Below are positions 12,799 through 27,077 of a stretch of DNA of 64,000 nt, piece after piece. Position 1 is the first letter of the stretch. Every line of letters begins with the position of its first letter. Below the pieces are notes generated by a model. The model saw nothing but the letters and a program-made list of their open reading frames with translations, did no database searches and had not been told where the DNA came from. The DNA is from Lingula anatina (lineage: Eukaryota; Animalia; Brachiopoda): assembly GCA_051362555.1 (NCBI GenBank), contig CM120646.1:20708001-20772000 (forward strand), read 5' to 3'. A program made the position numbers and the translations under genes.

Positions 12799-15266
12799 AG
12801 GGTTTGCTTCATGCCGTCAGAATGGCCTGAACGGAACATATTCTTCAGAAAACATGCCCAACTAACGATATCTTTATCCAAATACACAAATTAAAAGCTC
12901 ATTTGGTAAATTTTTGGCTTTAAAAAACGTCCTATTTGCTCGGCCTGGGAATTAATGAGCTACGTGGTCACGTGGTCCAATGACGACAATCGAGCCACTG
13001 GAGAACAGAGCGTGCTTAGCTGTCAAACTGAGCTGCATTGTCTACCTGTAAGATGACTTCTCTGGCTTCTGATAAAAGTTTATACTCATTCAAATCTCTT
13101 ACCCGAGGGGTCTAAATCCTCGTGAAGCTGTGTAAAACCATTTCCCGTCTAGTCATTTCTTTAACAAGCATTTCATTATGGTTATCCCAAGTTGTATAAA
13201 ACACTGCATTTGAATGAGTTAAGGGAAATGTTGATTATTGCATATGAGGTCCATGTTATTTGTGAAATTCAATTTATTTTATTAAACCGCTGACACTCCG
13301 TCTTGCATACTTTTATTAAACTGAGGTAAACAATGCCCGTTACCTTTACAAGTCCTATCTTAATCATCCATCTACCTGGAACTTCCTTTACCTCTTAATT
13401 AGAGGGTTAAATGGCATTCAATTTGTCTTGCTTGTATCGAACGCACTCTCTATCTAAGCTTTACTCCAGTTATCTCAGGTAAAAATCTACCTGTGCGTTA
13501 GTTACAAAGCGCACCTCCCGTAGACCTGGGGGTACTAGATAAAATCTGAACACCAGGTTTATCGAGGAGCTAGAGAAAGAAAGGAAGAATTTTTCCTGCA
13601 CAACTTCATAGGAATTTTAACACGGACTTGATCCAGCTTAGACCTCCAAACTAACAGGGTGACATGGGCAATTTTCACAAACAAATCATAAAACTATATT
13701 TCAGTTAACCGCCTTTAAAATAAATATACCGTTCTGGGTAAATTAAAATAGTTATTAAATCGCAAGAATATTTTTGACTTAAATGATGATTTTATTATTA
13801 ATGGAAATTAAGCTACTGTATGAGGTACATTTGCTGTGATTACGCTGTCCTTCATGTTTTGCGTAAGTCTACATTTTGCTGTATGTGCTTGTAATCTTTT
13901 TAAATATGTGCGTACAATTTTTACAGGTCTGGTTACCCACCTGTTATGTGATGAGAGTATTAATTTGGCAATTAGTTCCTTAGCTTATTTGAATAGAATT
14001 GCAGTGTAAAATTTTCAACAAGATGTTGGCGAAATAGCCCATTACTCTTTGTAGGTATTTCCCCCGTCAAAGTTTGTCTAAAATTATCTTTCAATCTTTA
14101 CTCTTTCAAAGGCAGTATAAAGTTACCTGACATATTTTCGTGTAAACTTAATGACAAGCCAAGTGTCTCCAGTTCATTCCATACTCAATTTTACCCAAGC
14201 AAATTTTTTTCTTGAGTAGATCTTTATAGCACGGTGTTATAAGCTTACAAATTTGCAAAAAAAAAAAAAAAAATTGCGTACTGACGCAGAATTTGCGTTT
14301 CAAGTTATAAAATAATCAATCTTTTAAATTATTTAATATTTCAGATGAAATAATCTTCAGAAACAAATCCTCAAAGCATAAACGAATTAGGATAACGAAC
14401 CATTTTATTATAGCAGTTCCCATTTTTTCTTTAATATAACGCTCTTTTTCCTGTTTTTCCTCAACACGTTTTCTTCCACGGAAGCTTCAAGATACCCTGA
14501 GAGCAATTTCTTTTATTAATGTTCGCGACCGTGTTTGAACTTAATTGTTTAAGTATTGATATTTAACGTCATTTACAAATACCAAAAAAATAACCCCATG
14601 AAATAAATGAGATATATTGAAAAATATGAAAGCCCACCAAGACGAGTTTCATACCTGTTATTACCTGGCTTGGGAATTGCAGCGGTGCATAATTAACAGG
14701 TTTGTTGTAAACGAGCTTTTGGTCAACTACAATGCATTTAAAATGCATCAGCAATCAGTAAGTTTGCCAACTGATGACAGTTAATCTGAAAGACTACCAG
14801 CTCTTGATATGATCTGACCAGGTGACCATGATCTAGAGCATCGCAACTATTGTCACCAAAGTTAGTTAAGTAAGTCACGGAAGACCGTCACAGACAAAGA
14901 AAGATTGTCAACGAGAGCTGCAATTTTGGTGAATCCCACGGCAACACACCGAGGCATAACGAAAATTCCTCAACTCCGTTCAACACAACTTTCCTTAACT
15001 TCTAAACTTCCTAACTATGCACCATGCAGCTCAGTTGAGTCTCATAGACCTTTATCGTGATTGTCGTCACAGTACCACGTGACCCAGATCTGTTGCTTCA
15101 TTTTTGCATATTGAGGTGAGGTTTACTAAAACGCTTTTTTTTCCACTAATAGATTGTTTTTATAATTTTTAAATGGCGGGGATCGATTAAAACATACCTC
15201 TAGTGTATAGATTGAGTGCTGTATCTTCAAAATTCGAGAAATGGATTTTTACATGAACATTGTCCT
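12799..15266 (+). mobile_element. Kolobok-type DNA transposon, decayed, copy 2
   Basis: TTAA|AGGG...TGTCCT|TTAA. Shares the TTAA at 12795-12798 with copy 1 and is homologous along its length, with different indels. Confidence 0.7.
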
Positions 15267-16116
15267 TTAAGTACGTATTTTTCCATGTGCTTTTATTTAT
15301 TTATTTTTTTTTTTTTTTTCAGAATATATTATCTTTCAGTTTGATTTTCTCCTTGTCAGGTACATTAAATCAATGATATCTAAATATCAAATTATTTTTA
15401 ATTGCTCATTGCTTAACTAAGAGTATACGGTTTAACATAACCATTATTTATGGAAATGTTAACAATATGATTAAAAGTTATTGCACAATTGTACTTCAGT
15501 CGCAAATTTAAATGTATATCTCGAAATTATTTTAGTTATAATGCTTAATTAAATACAATACTAATGGCAAGATCCTAGAATGCATTCTAGAACAACAGAT
15601 GATATGTTTGAACCTAAGGTCTTGCGGCAAAAATCCATTAGACATTCTCACTGGAAACCAATTTAGTTATTTTTGATTTTATGCAATACTTATGTGACAT
15701 AACAGTTAACCCTTACATGACAGTAGTAATAATAATTATGTTTCCGTTGTACAACGTTTTAAAAACGTTTGAAATGTTTTAATCCCTATCCTGTGAATAG
15801 AAGGGGCGGCCAAACAATGGAGAGCCGTCTAAATCCCTTAATTTAGACGTAATAACACACAATACCTTAGGCGAGTGAACCCCATGACGCCGGTATCTGT
15901 GGTCCAGCGCGAGCGCAACAATCCGCTATACTAAAGTGTAATTAACAGCAGGATACATCAGCCAGAAGGTCCCATTGTTTGTTGTGGCGATAGGATTATA
16001 CCGGGTAGCTGTAAGGGGCCTAAACCCATGCTTCCGCGTGCCACTAAACCGTCTCCCGTAGCCAACTTTTGTTCACTAGTTTGGCACGCGCAGCTGATTA
16101 TCTTTCTAGTGTTGCT

Positions 16117-16564
16117 AATAAAGGGTAACGGAGAAGATCAGCATTGGTCAGAATTGTGCCGGAATTGACGTGTAGTGGTGTAAGACATAAAGCTGAGTGG
16201 TCATTTTTAGCTGGAGGTGAACGGGACAGAAGACATGAACTCGCAGTTTTTCAAACAACATGGTAAGAATACACTTCTTCTTTACGCATTTTGGGCAGAG
16301 AATACTTGTAGAAATAATAGGCACATGATATGAAAACGTGACACGGAACTTGAAGGTGCAAAATCGTGGTTAATTTGCAGACAACTTGTTTTGAAATACA
16401 TGCTGCCGTGTTGTTAGAATAACTGCTTTTTTTTCTCCGAGCCCACGTCTTCATTCCCATTCACCTCCAGCTAAAAATGACCACTCAGCTTAACGTCTTA
16501 CACCACTACACGTCACTTCCGGCACAATTCTGACCAACGCTGATCTTCTCCGGTACCTTTTATT
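16117..16564. mobile_element. Foldback MITE with ~120-bp TIRs
   Basis: AATAAAGGGTAACGGAGAAGATCAGC... pairs with ...GCTGATCTTCTCCGGTACCTTTTATT. Partial relative at ~29095-29397. Confidence 0.8.
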
Positions 16565-17765
16565 TTAAAACTGCTAAAAAAACTGCTAGTTAAATTTGGT
16601 ATTTTATTCAATATGAATTTTCAGTAGTCAAAAATTGAACTAAGTATTGTTTGTTTAATTAACATCCATGAGCGTCAGCATCAACCTCAAAAAATTCTTA
16701 TTGCATTAATTTATAAATGAATAATTTATTTATAAACTTGCTGATTCAAGTATTTATAAAACATGAGCGCTGATGAATGAGGAATAAGGAAAAAACAGCG
16801 AATAGCATTTTCAAAAAAGAACAATACATGGCAAACATATTACTTATACTATATTTGTATTATAATATTTAAATTAAATGAGGTGCATTGACAGAGGCGC
16901 AAGAAGAATCCAACTACAACGTGCAACAGGGGGACCTATGTGATCACACAATACATGCGAGTACGGTCAATTTTAATTGTAAATCATCAGTTAAAGAGGA
17001 GGGGGTCTTAACATAGCTCGCTCTCTATTGTTAAATGCGACTGTTATTATCTCTCGAACAAGCTTAAACCATGCCCATACAATTACTGTGACTCCGGCTG
17101 ACATGCAGTGACGTCTTGTCAAACATATTTTGCTACAGTATACACTAGCGACTTGTTTTAGATCACTCAAGTAAGAATGCATGCATGCGATACCCGGGGA
17201 AAAAAATCAAGTATGCAACTGATCTATTAATTGTAATTGCACAGTACCTGTACATGTAACTAGACCTTTGTTCTAACTCAGTAGTTTGGATTAGGATGCT
17301 TGGACAAAAAGCTTCTATTCAACTCGCTTAGACCTAGGGAGTGATGCTATTATCACCCGAGGAAACACTGAGGAAACACTGAACCCTCTACCTGAAGTCC
17401 CCCTAGCTGAAACAAAAATGCACCTTGAACCTGTCCATTTGATAATCGTCAAATGATTTGTGATTTCATTGAACGTCTTTGATCGAAGCTTTTACAGGGT
17501 AAGTGACAATAACCGAACCTTGTGCTGATTATTTATTAAAGCGTAAGTTTATTCAACATGATCTATTTTGTAAACAATACTTGCCTAGATTGAGCTTGGA
17601 TTGATCATCGTCACTGTTTGGCTACTCTCACTGTAATGCGTGCTAAACGACAGACAACTTATAAATATCATTTGCGTTTCTGTGTAAATGACCACATTAA
17701 GTTAAAATATAACGATGTCGGTGATTTAATCCATCCAACACATCTATATTTGTTCTTTTAAAACA

Positions 17766-18680
17766 CCCTTACGAAAATTTCCTATAGGATCCTATAGGAT
17801 TCCTATAGGATCCTATAGGAAATCTTATAGGATCCTATAGGGCACCTTTCCTATAGGATTTCCTATAGTTATAAACAAATATCATTCTAAACAATAGATA
17901 TTTGATATAGGTCAATTTTATCAGTTGAATTGTCAATTATATATCACTATTAAAGCAAAATGCTTTTTATTGTTTATAATGCACAATCTAATAGTCTTCT
18001 ATAGGATTCTATAGAAATTCTTTAATTACTATTTTAAAGAAATCTTGAAAAATTGATCATTTGTAAAGTAATCTTTTATGGAGAAATATTTTATCATTAG
18101 GAATGTTTTTGTACCAAATCATTGAAGCTGAAATTATTTTTTTTTTTAAATTTATGTTCAGACCATTACAAAAATTCCTATAGGATCCTATAGGAAATCT
18201 TATAGGAATTTCTATGGGAACCTATAGGAAATCCTATGCTAATTCATGTAAGGAATTTTTATAAGGCCGGGTTGAATGAAAAATAATGAATCTGGCTTAA
18301 ATATTAGTATATGATTTTGATTTTTAATTTATGTTCAGAACATTACAACAATTCCTATAGGATCTTATAGGAAATTTTATAGGAATTTCTATAAGAACCT
18401 ATAGAAAATCCTATGCTAATTCATACAGGGAATTTTTATAAGGGCGGGTTGAATAAAAATAATGAATCTAGTCTAAATATCAGTATATAATTTTAATTTT
18501 TAATTTATGTTCAGATCATTATAAAAATTCCTATAGGATCCTATAGAAAATCTAATAGGAATTTCTACAGGAACCTATAGAAAATCCTTTGCTAATTCAT
18601 ATAGGGAATTTTAAAAAGCCGGGTTGAATGAAAAATAATGAAACTGGCCTTAATATCAGTATATAATGTATTTTTACTTT
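17766..18680. repeat. CCTATAGG-rich element end with three ~177-bp tandem units (possible CACTA/EnSpm-type)
   Basis: Many CCTATAGG palindromes. Units start ~18151, 18328 and 18505. CCCTTACGAAAATT at 17766 approximately pairs with AATTTTTATAAGGG at ~18431-18444. Confidence 0.6.
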
Positions 18681-19249
18681 TTGTGTGATCATATTCACTT
18701 ACTTCATATTTTTTCTATTATATTGAAAGTCAACCGTATCTAATCAAATTTTACCTGACCTTGGCTGTTTTAAAAAGTGAAAGTGCAATCCTGCCATGCT
18801 TCCACATGGCGAACGGAGCCGAGATTTAATTACTCAACCCTGCAGGGACGACGTGTGGGGAGGCGTGTGAGAGGCGGAGAGACTATTAAAAGATTAGGCG
18901 GTTTTTCTTCCATGTACGTCTGCCATTTTTAGTTCTCAGGATTTGTAAAGCCTGGCTCAATTCGTTGAGAATGCGGTCTTAGTGCTCGGGTAGTTAAGAT
19001 AATGATAAGTTGTCATGTTGCCATGGTTCATTGCACATGGGTAAGCCTTTTTTTTTTTTTTTTTTTGCAAAAATGGATGAAATACACATTGAGCAATACT
19101 CAGTGGGCATCTGCACATTATGTGGATTGGTTTGGGAGGCCTATAAAGGCCCAAATAAGGCCACCCATGTTAGTCCAGCGAACAGAATCATGCCATGTCT
19201 ATCATGTGAACAACGTACATCTCTGGGCACTGGGTGTGAGGGGAGTCCG

Positions 19250-20070
19250 ATTTGAGCTATATTGTATGGGCTGTTCCCACCCCACAATCAGGAACCTGGT
19301 TGAATGCCACAACATGCCAGACTCTGTTAGCGATATACCGCAGTCGAGCGAGAGAGTGTCAACTCCAGACCAGGATCGCTACATCAGGTTGCATCAGCTG
19401 CGGGACCAATTTCGCCATGCCAGTCGTACAGCACAAGAAGCACCCAGCAGGAACAAAAACCAGAGCAGCAGCCCCACTGTGCCCAACTGTGCGTCGACGC
19501 GTGCTGGCGGTCAACCAATGGTGGTCGTTGATGGCAACATACCAGTAACTGCTCGTCACTATATAGATCAGATTCTGCAACCTTACATGACCTCGTTCAT
19601 GCAGCAGAAAACTGATGTGACCGTTTCCCAACAGGACAAGACCCGTTCACATTCGGCACAAATGATCCAAGTGTATCTGGAGTCCCAAGGGTTGATGTCC
19701 TACCCCGGCCTGTCTATTCTCCGGGTATGAATCCTATTGAACACTTGTGGTACTACATATATCTTGGCCGTCCGTTGGCCAAGGCAGGAGCTGATCCAGG
19801 TACTACGACAAGGCTGGAATAGGGTTCCGCAAGACACATCCCATCCACATTTATCAAAGTAAGCGGAGATAGTACCGGCTATTGACCGTCGTGACTTTGT
19901 GTTGGGCTGGTGCTATTTTTGTTTTGAAACTATTCATGAAACTTAAGATTTTTGGTTCTGTATACCAATGTCCTAAACAAATGATTCATATGAAAACAAT
20001 CCAGTTTAGAGCTTCAAAATAACAATTATTTTGAAAAATATGGCCTCAAAGATTTTAATGGCTGTCAGTA
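19250..20070 (+). mobile_element. Internally deleted Tc1-like transposon remnant
   Basis: STPDQDRYIRLHQLRDQFRHASRTA (HTH region), YIDQILQP..QQDKTRSHS, and SPGMNPIEHLW in a shifted frame. Ends ...GTCAGTA|TA. Confidence 0.85.
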
Positions 20071-20679
20071 TATAAAAAAGATTTGTAAGATGTTTTGTTT
20101 ATTGACTCTTTAAAATGTAAGGTGAAAAAAGTGCAGTAATAAGAAAAACTAGAAATGCTGTTATATACTGATGAAATATTCTTACACGAGCCAATCTCAA
20201 TAAAAAGAATGGGAAGTTTTAAAGCTAAATATTATGTATACTGAAAAAATTATGATAAAGATATATAATCACAATAATAAGGTTTGATCAAAATAAAAAC
20301 AAGAACGGAAAAAAATGAGGTTTATAATTTGACAAAAATTAAATTAAATTACAGAACCCCCTGTTGGCCCTTGATAAACTTTTCATCAGATTGAGCCTGT
20401 ATTAAAAAGAGAACTAACGTAATGGTCAGTCCTATCAATGATCCTCTTTCATAGACTCTTAGTATAACTGTACCTTATAAGTACACTTTGTCAATAAATA
20501 AAAGGGTTTGATATATATTATATGCCGAATTATCAGTTTAAAACGTAATTAAACTGCTTTTTTTACCTTTTTGGGCATGTCTTAGCTGTCATTTGAAATG
20601 CGGAATACCATGCACTTTAAACACTCTTTGCTTTGTTACATAATTAGTTATTTATAATATAATGATATTATAATATATC

Positions 20680-21351
20680 TTAATATTATTGACGGCCATT
20701 TGAATTTTGAAAACCGATCAATGTTCCGGATGTAGCCACTGCCAAGAAAGCCCAAATTAAATTGGCTTTTATACCCTCAAAGTATTAAATTCTTTTTTAA
20801 AATTTCAGGGAATAACATTTGACTATGGGACCCGGGGAAGTAGCAAACAGACACTTGGGGGGTTATTGAACTGTCAGATAAGCTTATTCCAAGAGTTAAG
20901 GGTCATGACTAACAAAATATTATAATTAACATACATATAAAAAGGGGATATGTTTTTTTTTTTTTTTTCATAAAACTAAATATGCAAAAAACAAACTGAT
21001 TCTGCAGCTTTTATCATTTTCTGCCTTATGTATTGACGGCCATTTTGGTTTTTTGCTAAGTGGTACGAGATTTAGCGTATTAACTAGTACTGTTGTGCTC
21101 TCCTGATAGGATACACGTTCAAAAAAGCTGTCAATAAAGTTTACCCGGCGACTTCTAGTCGTTTTTTTTTTTTTTTTTTTTTTCTCATAAATTGACGGCC
21201 ATATTGAAAAATGCTCAAGGTCTCGGAAATAGCAACCAAGCTAATTTTGCTTCTTTTGACCTGAAGAATGCATTTCAGCAAAAAAAAAAGTTTACAGGAA
21301 AGAACATTGCAGGGTTCGACAATTGGGCCTATGGGAGTGGCGACTCGACTA
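20680..21351. mobile_element. Possible Academ-type transposon end
   Basis: Repeated GACGGCCAT(T/A)TTG motifs. Terminates GCGACTCGACTA (TAG terminus on the minus strand) exactly where the host element resumes. Left boundary not seen. Confidence 0.35.
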
Positions 21352-23820
21352 CCTGTCTTCCACACGTTTACACGAACACACGAAGGTCGCGTCGCGATAT
21401 CTATCTCTCTCTTTCGAACCAGAAAAGTGCTGACCCGAAGAAAGCTTTCTAAACTAATTTTCTTTTGATTGTGTATTGTAATTACTCCACTTGCTCGCCT
21501 CCATTGTCTTGTAAAAGTGACAATGAATGTGTTGTTTTTTTTACACTCGAGTTTATAGAACTTTACCCAACTCCTTTGCCTTGTTACATAATTTCTTTAT
21601 CAAGGTTATAATCAGTGTGAAGAGGGTGTCTTGCCTCACTTAAAAAGGCAGTCGATTTTCATACTGGTTGTTGCTTAACTCATGCTAACCCATTTTGTAC
21701 AAATATGGTTTCAATAAATCGACAAAATTATGACATTTATGACATTATGTGTATCAAGCGTTTTGATACGATTGAAATAAAGGAAAAAAAGGATTACGGT
21801 ATTAGTTACTATTTACCTTTGGCGTTAACTTCGCCCTGCTATATAAATGAACAAATGTTGCAGATTGTAACAAAAAATATCACAGTGTTTTTATGACATA
21901 TGCTTTACATATTTGATAGTGAAACACTACTCGGCTTTAATGAATCACCTGGCGCTAACTATGTCTCCCCCTCCCATGCCTCCCGAAAAAACTGCTTCTT
22001 TTAAGTTCGAAATGAATTGATTTTAAGACAAAGAAGTTCATTAACACTTTTGCGACTCGGTCATTGTACAGCCTGTTGTAATCGATATTTAAAAAAGTTA
22101 ATTATTGTACTCCGCTTTTCAGTGTTCATCCTGGTGCTTTCGGGGACATCTCAGGTTGAGGTACGATTACGTCGCTAGCCTAAATCCATATGTTACTGGA
22201 ATATACTGTATTTAAGTACACGTAAAGCTTAGTAAAGTCCCTATTGTCACACACCATAGATGCTGAATTTTGTCTTGAATGAACAAATACCCTCAACTTA
22301 TCGTTTTGTGCTTAAACCTTTCATAACTTGGACCGAGGTTTGATATACAGTGTACTGTAGCTTCTGAGAAATTCCTCGGTATCTAAATGCTGCAGCGGAT
22401 GTTTAAATGATAGCTATCTCGGCTCCTTTTTTTTTTCTTTTTTGACAGCAACAAAGAGTGTTCAGGGAGAAAGTCACACGAAGACCGACGTTGTTTTGTC
22501 TTCACATTTCCTCTTCCTTTTTTACAGCAATTACTATCGTCATGAAACCGATAAAGCAATTAAGTGACGACACATTGAATATAGTCATAAGGTGCATTTC
22601 GCTGAGTATTTACAAGATCTAGCGACACATTTTATCGCCACGCATTCTAGTCTAATAAATCAGGGGGCGTTTATGCTGAGTCGGGGATTCAGGAGATATG
22701 CCACTAAATGGGGAGGTTCTCGAGGAGACCAATAGTGTTGAAAAGTCTGAATAATTTTGTCTGTTAAATGTGAAGGCTAGCTTAGATTATCATACAATAG
22801 ATGGTATCATAATTGACTTAGATCTTCAGTGTGTGCAACAAGTGGCGCAACAAATGATAATAAAAACCATCAGGAAGAAAACGGAATAGAATATTTTGAA
22901 ATTTAAACAGTCACTCTGGTGGCTTTGCGTCATGTCTATGGATCTGATATCAAATTTAGCCCAAAATATTAGTAAATTCAGAACTAATAGCTAAAACGTA
23001 AATTGACATCTGCCCTAATTTGTCAGATAACAAAAAATACGCTTTCCTGAAGGTAGCGGCGTCGAACGGCGACGGTGTTTTTCTGAACAACTTTCCTGTG
23101 AACTTGTATCAGGTACGAAAATCCTCCTTTTCAACAAGCGATGTGTTATTAATTCATGTCACAGAGTAAATTTATACAGGCAAAATATCATTCAAGGAAC
23201 TAGTTCCAAGAAATGAACGAGAGTAAAATATAAGTCAGCACAAATATAAACCATACAACAATGAGTCTATATTTAAAGTATAATCCCTCCTGTTATGGGC
23301 CATCACCTCATTTTTTTTTCACCGCGAGCCCCTTTAATTAATGTATTGTAGTACTCATTCTACCCATTTCTTTCCCTTCCCCTTTCTCTTGTTAGAAGGA
23401 AGTTAAATAATTAAGCACTCAAAATCTGCATCACCAATCTTCAGAAAAGAATAAGTGAATGAACCACTGGGCTGGTCCACAACGTCCGACATAGCAGAAT
23501 GAATCAAATAACAGCTTTTACAGGTTCAACTGCAGTTAGCTATATAGTTTCACTACAAATATAATCCGCTGCACGCGCGAAGCTGTTGAACAAAAGGATA
23601 GTTCGCTACGGGAGACCCTTTGTTTACATAAGTACTCTGAGGGGTAGTGCCTACCCAGGCGACCAGGGGAATAGGCTAGTCACTATATTCCGTCAAAAAT
23701 CGTTTAGCGACCCTATAATTATCACACTCCAGCGAATTGTATTTTCTGTCGTCATAATCGCATGTAATCTTCTTGTGGTAGGCGGAATAAATGTACACAT
23801 ACATAATATTAGGACGGTGA

Positions 23821-24330
23821 TCTTTGTGGATTCGTCCCTTTGAATGACGTAATTTTTTTCCTATGGATCAAAGCAATAGCAGGTGAAGCCGTTTATCGTT
23901 CTCTTACCTCCTCTAGGGTGTGTGCTGTAGTTTTTTTTTTTCAATCACCATGGTCGCATTATCCATAGTAGGATTTCCAAGACAAGTGTCAACCTAAGGT
24001 ATTGCGTCATACAATACTGGCAAAAATCCATTAGACATTCTCACTGGAAACCAATTTAGTTATTTTTGATTTTTTTTCAAGACTTATGTGACATAAAAGT
24101 CAACCCTTACATGATCTTTGTGGGTTCGTCCCTTTGAATGACGTCATTTTTTCCTATGGATCAAAGCAATAGCAGGTGAAGCCGTTTATCGTTCTGTTAC
24201 CTCCATTATTTATGATATTTAATATCATGGTACCTCTAGGGTGTGTGCTGTAGATTTTTTCTTTTTTTTTTTTTTTGCAATCAACATGGTCGCGTTATTC
24301 ATAGTAGCTAGGATATCTAAGACAAGTGCC
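23821..24330 (+). repeat. ~300-340-bp tandem duplication; the first unit is split by the 15721-23817 element
   Basis: 15611-15720 joined to 23821-23990 matches the uninterrupted unit at 23991-24330. Confidence 0.85.
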
Positions 24331-24368
24331 TTAAATGTTACATTTACATTTTTCTTATAAAAGGTTTT

Positions 24369-25900
24369 TCAGAGTTTGGATGGGGATATCATATTCCACG
24401 CAGTGATGTTTGCCTGTCGCAGTTCATCACTATTTACCGACCGATCACCATAGCTATCAATTCTGTGAGTTACTTCCGCCCACATATTTGCAGTTGGGTT
24501 CAGATCTGGGGAGTTTGCAGACCAGGGTAGTTGCTGAACCCATTGGTTTTGCAGAAATACAGTGATTCTGCGAGCTCGATGTGGGGGTGCGTAGTCGTCT
24601 TGGTAAACAAAGTTGTTCCTGAAGATGTCTCTTACAAAGGGAAGCATTGTTTGCTGTAGAATGTCTCTGTTACCCTAGGTTCTAGATTTCCGTATTGCCA
24701 GCCCGATCTTGATTTCATATATAACCCAAATCAGCAATACGAAACTCTAGCATTAGCGTCAACCTGGAGGCGTTCTTCGGCAAAATTTTGCTTGGAGCGC
24801 TTCCATAATTGGAAGTCATAAGTCTCGCACGTCACAGGTTTGATCGCCTGGAACTGCCTATTCCGCCTTGCGCGGACGTTATCTCCTGCAGACGAGACAA
24901 GAAGCAAAGTGGCTTAAGCGGAGTTAGAAGTTTGAACTAGGAATATCTTGCAGTCGAAGGTCAGTACCACGACACAAGCAACATTCTGCTTTAAAAACTT
25001 ATTTTGGTCTAGCCATTGGACAGCCCTTATGGTGGTATCGGGCATACAGTGTAGCTGTCAAACTTGGCACAGGACAAGTACGTGCATTGTGTTTGTATCT
25101 TCAGGAGCAAATGTTCTTTGATAAGCAAAAAATACAAAAACATTGGATATATCTTTTTCTTTTGGAAACATCTTAAATACAGTAAATTAAATTAAATAAA
25201 GCAGAATTAAATCTGTTTTACGTTTCATTTTGGTTTAATGACATTCAACTGCAGATTCACTGCGGAGCAGTTCTTTTTGATTGACGGAAATCGTACACTG
25301 TCGCTGTTCCTCAGGGCTAGTAAAAACGATCCCATCACAAGATCTTTAACAAGCTAGCTTTTACTGTGTCCTGACACTCAGGGTAGTCTCTGAAGGAATC
25401 TTTGTTGAAGTTGCCTACTAGAAAAATCAAATGGTTGTGGGCACCGGCATGAAATGCTTCCAAAACAGAACCGCTACCACCCCCTGCTTGAACCAATCAT
25501 CGTTTTATGACTCTCGTACACGTCGGCGGGCACGGATTAGACCGTCAACCCTAAAAACTCCATATCTGGCCCATCAGTGAAAACGACGCTGTATATGACA
25601 TGCCGTCAGCAGTGGCTTCCATACTGATCTTCGTGCAAAATAACCGCCTTGCAGTAATGTCTTGTTCACGAAGGACCTTGAACCGGGGGTTTGTCAATCT
25701 GTCAGTCTTTTCTGGGGACACTGGATGTCTTTGCATGACCAGCACGGAGCACCCTAAGGAAAAGGCGAACCTGCCTCCTTGTTGCCCTTGTTGAAGCATT
25801 TCTTTGGAGAACTTTACTAACGGTTCCTGACAAATGTTGAATTGCTTGTCATTTTCTCTGAGAGCAAGAATTCCATAGTAAGCTGCGTTGCTTAGCCGTC
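24369..25900 (-). mobile_element. Fragmented Tc1 (DD34E) transposase remnant
   Basis: QDDYAPPHRAR...WSANSPDLNPTANMW, with 34 residues between D and the E position (E is now A). Upstream frames give GYFARRSVWKPLLTACH and VQAGGGS. The middle (~24700-25300) is rearranged. Confidence 0.8.
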
Positions 25901-26239
25901 GAACCATATCTTCTCTAATGTACCTGTCAAGTTTCAGAGCGATCCCTTTGTTGCCTCTCGAAATACACTCCAAAGATTGACCAAACCCATGCGTTTTTAT
26001 ACGAGGGCAGAAAGTGCCGAAAAGACCACCCCTTACATTTCTTACCACAGAACATGCAACTGCATGCATCAATTATTTCGAAAGTTGTGTGGTAATTAGG
26101 TCGCACACCTGGTAGTTTTGGATTTAATATAGTTAGAGAGAAAATAAATATTTTGTAGAAAATTTACTCGCCAAAATAATAATATTCCATTTTAATTATT
26201 TAACCCTGTAGATGTGTTACAGTAAAGAGAATAAACATA

Positions 26240-26546
26240 CAGTTGAGCTCAGAAACAATGGGGCGTTTTTAACAACTTAATTGCTTACTTTATAAAACGA
26301 CACCCCTCTTTTATGAATGAATTGTGTTACATGAACACAATGCATGTTTACCCACTGCATTATCAGTATACAATAGCTTGGTGGCCCATTGCAGCATAGT
26401 GTGTTTTCCCCTGAATAAACAGACTGTGATCAAAGAGGTGTCAGCTTTAATACTAAATAATTATGGCTGTTAACTGGATAGTTACTTTTGGTAACAAAAT
26501 GTGATGCACAAATTACAATAAGGACCATTCTTTCTGAGCTCAACTG
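26240..26546. mobile_element. Tc1/mariner MITE
   Basis: TIR CAGTTGAGCTCAGAAA, with TA on both sides. Confidence 0.85.
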
Positions 26547-27077
26547 TACATGATATAAAATACCGATATGTTTTTTGGTAGTTATACATAAGATCTTGGT
26601 ACATCAAAATATATTATAATAGGGCATACACATTGCTGGGGAGAAAATATACCATTCATACTAATCTAGGTATTTTTTCAATATAAACTAGCTTAATGTA
26701 TACTGGCCTGGGTTAGTATTCGATAAACCCTACGATAACTGTCCGGCATAGATAATTCATTGCATGTTGTCTGCGTCCTCTGTCCACCAAATAACCCAAT
26801 CACAGCCAGTTACAGAAAAAAGTAGTGCTGTGAAACAAATTTTTTTCATTTCATTTCTTATATTTCCAGTGGGTTTATTTTAGTGTCAGCTAGCAGACTA
26901 GGGTGTAAACGTGTGCCTATTTTTTACAGGGACCAGGGACAGATGTGGTGCAATGTGTGATCTCTGGCGGCGGGAGCAAGTGAATGTGAGCCGTGCAGTG
27001 GGTACACATGTTCGAGTTCTGCCGGTAAGATATTAGCATTTTAACGGTATATTGTTATTTACTGCAATTTGTAGAGT

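Larger units (their letters stand above)
15721..23817 (+). mobile_element. Large CAGT-ended DNA element, subfamily A, with nested insertions
   Basis: CAGTAGT...AGGACGG flanked by TGA on both sides. Colinear with 50811-55196 apart from inserts at 16117-16564 and 17766-21351. Empty site visible at 24112-24114. Confidence 0.8.

Noticed and set aside
25551-26072. 173-aa ORF as a novel gene
   Set aside because: Overlapping frames give Tc1 transposase motifs (ARRSVWKPLLT, QAGGGS); it is a frameshifted remnant.
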